The notes under the pieces are model-generated. The model had not been told where the DNA came from and ran no database searches. It worked only from the letters and a program-made list of their open reading frames with translations. 20,000 nucleotides of DNA from the IMG/VR virus record IMGVR_UViG_3300023198_000771, one strand, 5' to 3'. This document shows positions 18,856 to 20,000 of the stretch, in pieces. The position numbers and the translations under genes were made by a program. Numbering within the stretch: position 1 is the stretch's first letter; each line of letters starts with the position of its first letter. This DNA comes from an uncultured virus (IMG/VR IMGVR_UViG_3300023198_000771). Its lineage: Duplodnaviria > Heunggongvirae > Uroviricota > Caudoviricetes > Crassvirales.

Positions 18856-19158
18856 ATGGAATTTATGACTGCGATTTGGGATCAGGTGATTAATTATATC
18901 AGTGTTCCCTACCTATTGATCTTTGTACTGGCCTCCTACCTGGTTAAAACCTACATGGGAGATCTGTTGCAGAAGATCACGAAGTTCAACTGGAAACCGG
19001 TCTATACTGTGTTTATCCTTGCAGCACTGATCGCTGTTCCATTTCTAATATTTACAGAGGAAGGTTGGGTGAAGATCTTATTCACCTATTGCCTTGGTAC
19101 CTCCCTCCATGAATTAATCTTTGAGTTTATAGAAAAGAAAGTTAAAAAGAAGAAGTAA
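18856..19158 (+). CDS. Putative holin (about 3 TM segments, basic C-terminal tail)
   Basis: 100 aa with hydrophobic segments ISVPYLLIFVLASYLV, VYTVFILAALIAVPFLIF and ILFTYCLGTSL, and a C-terminal EKKVKKKK. Immediately after the endolysin. Confidence 0.7.
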   Translation: MEFMTAIWDQVINYISVPYLLIFVLASYLVKTYMGDLLQKITKFNWKPVYTVFILAALIAVPFLIFTEEGWVKILFTYCLGTSLHELIFEFIEKKVKKKK

Positions 19159-19901
19159 TGACCATCGGAAAAATCATTGATTGGATTGGCAAGAACCTAA
19201 GTAGGATCAAGACAATAGCGTTATTGGTTGTAATAGCGTTCTTTGCCCTGTCCCTGGTACGCAATGGCTGTAATCGTGGTGACCTGAACGACATGGTTGA
19301 GCGCATTACCGGCCTGGACATACGCAATGATATTCTGATGGAGGATGTGAAGGAGAGGGACAGCCTGTTGGTGGCCAAGGATCTCTTGATTGAGAACTTG
19401 GACCGGCAGCTTACCCTGTCCGAGGGGAGGGTAGAAAGGTTAGAGGTGGACTATGGCTATTTAGAGAGCGAATTTCAGCACTTATCAGATAGCCTACTCA
19501 GAATACCGGCAGACACAAGTTATCAATTCCTGGTGGACGAGGCGTACCCGTACCCAGGTCATTTGAAGTATCCTTTTAACGAGCCACAGGTAAAAGGGAT
19601 CCATCTCACCTTTCTTGAAAATATCAAGTTGGATGAAATGAACCTTAATCTCCTTACTCAGATCGATGAGAAGGATTACCAGTTGGAAACGAAGGATACC
19701 ATAGTCTATGAACAGGCCATGAGCATGATGCTGATGGCTGAGAGCAGGGTGGATCTTGACAGTATCATCATAAACAAGGATGAGGTTATCGAGATCCAGT
19801 ACGAGCAGATCCATAAAGCAAAGCGTGGTAAGACTATATGGCAAATAGTCGGAGGAGCGATAATAGCTGTACTCGCTGCACTTGCAATCGGTGGAGGCTA
19901 A
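19158..19901 (+). CDS. Putative spanin (N-terminal signal/TM with single Cys38, coiled coils, C-terminal TM)
   Basis: Starts in a TAATG overlap with the holin stop. N-terminal hydrophobic IALLVVIAFFALSLV followed by RNGC, heptad-like Leu/Asp/Glu segments, and C-terminal KAKRGK plus TM IWQIVGGAIIAVLAALAI. Last gene of the lysis cassette. Confidence 0.6.
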   Translation: MTIGKIIDWIGKNLSRIKTIALLVVIAFFALSLVRNGCNRGDLNDMVERITGLDIRNDILMEDVKERDSLLVAKDLLIENLDRQLTLSEGRVERLEVDYGYLESEFQHLSDSLLRIPADTSYQFLVDEAYPYPGHLKYPFNEPQVKGIHLTFLENIKLDEMNLNLLTQIDEKDYQLETKDTIVYEQAMSMMLMAESRVDLDSIIINKDEVIEIQYEQIHKAKRGKTIWQIVGGAIIAVLAALAIGGG

Positions 19902-19922
19902 TCCATTTATTATGGAACGGTC

Positions 19923-19956
19923 AAGGGGGATTCATTAATTTGGCTCCCCTTTTTTT
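19923..19956 (+). terminator. Rho-independent terminator of the late/lysis operon
   Basis: AAGGGGGA-TTCATTAATTTGGC-TCCCCTT inverted repeat running into a T7 tract (19950-19956), 21 nt after the last stop codon. Confidence 0.8.
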
Positions 19957-19968
19957 CGTCAAAATAAT

Positions 19969-19999
19969 TTTGTTTACATAAATATAATAAATACATTTG
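19969..19999 (+). promoter_or_regulatory. Bacteroidota primary-sigma promoter (-33 TTTG / -7 TAnnTTTG) firing rightwards out of the window
   Basis: TTTG at 19969-19972, a 19-nt AT-rich spacer, then TACATTTG at 19992-19999. This is an exact match to the established Bacteroides/Flavobacterium consensus, placed just after the terminator. Confidence 0.75.
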
Positions 20000-20000
20000 T

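Noticed and set aside
83..19844. Numerous minus-strand ORFs of 60-165 aa
   Set aside because: All lie antisense to long + strand genes and have the Ser/Phe/Leu/Ile-rich composition typical of antisense shadows; no motifs or leaders.

Overview
Late (virion and lysis) region of a tailed dsDNA phage, all on the + strand. The host is probably Bacteroidota: leaders are A-rich without a clear Shine-Dalgarno, and a consensus TTTG-N19-TAnnTTTG promoter sits at the right edge. Gene order: a 5'-truncated tail stabilisation/nozzle-type protein, two probable ejected internal virion proteins (226 and 555 aa), and a 4237-aa polyvalent DarB-like protein. That giant protein carries an amino (N6A/N4C) DNA methyltransferase, a strawberry-notch-type SF2 helicase, an HExxH zincin peptidase and an LPD38-like C-terminus. 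A four-gene lysis cassette follows (TM-anchored XhlA-like protein, M15-type endolysin, 3-TM holin, candidate unimolecular spanin), then a terminator and promoter. Two patterns are not explained by this annotation. (1) ATG-initiated ORFs with A-rich leaders are nested in the +1 frame of the giant gene's inter-domain linkers; the best is a 131-aa helical-looking protein between the methyltransferase and helicase. (2) GGATCC is strongly over-represented in all codon phases (39 hand-counted copies versus roughly 3-4 expected), as are CCGG-containing palindromes. All family assignments come from motif recognition, not database searches.
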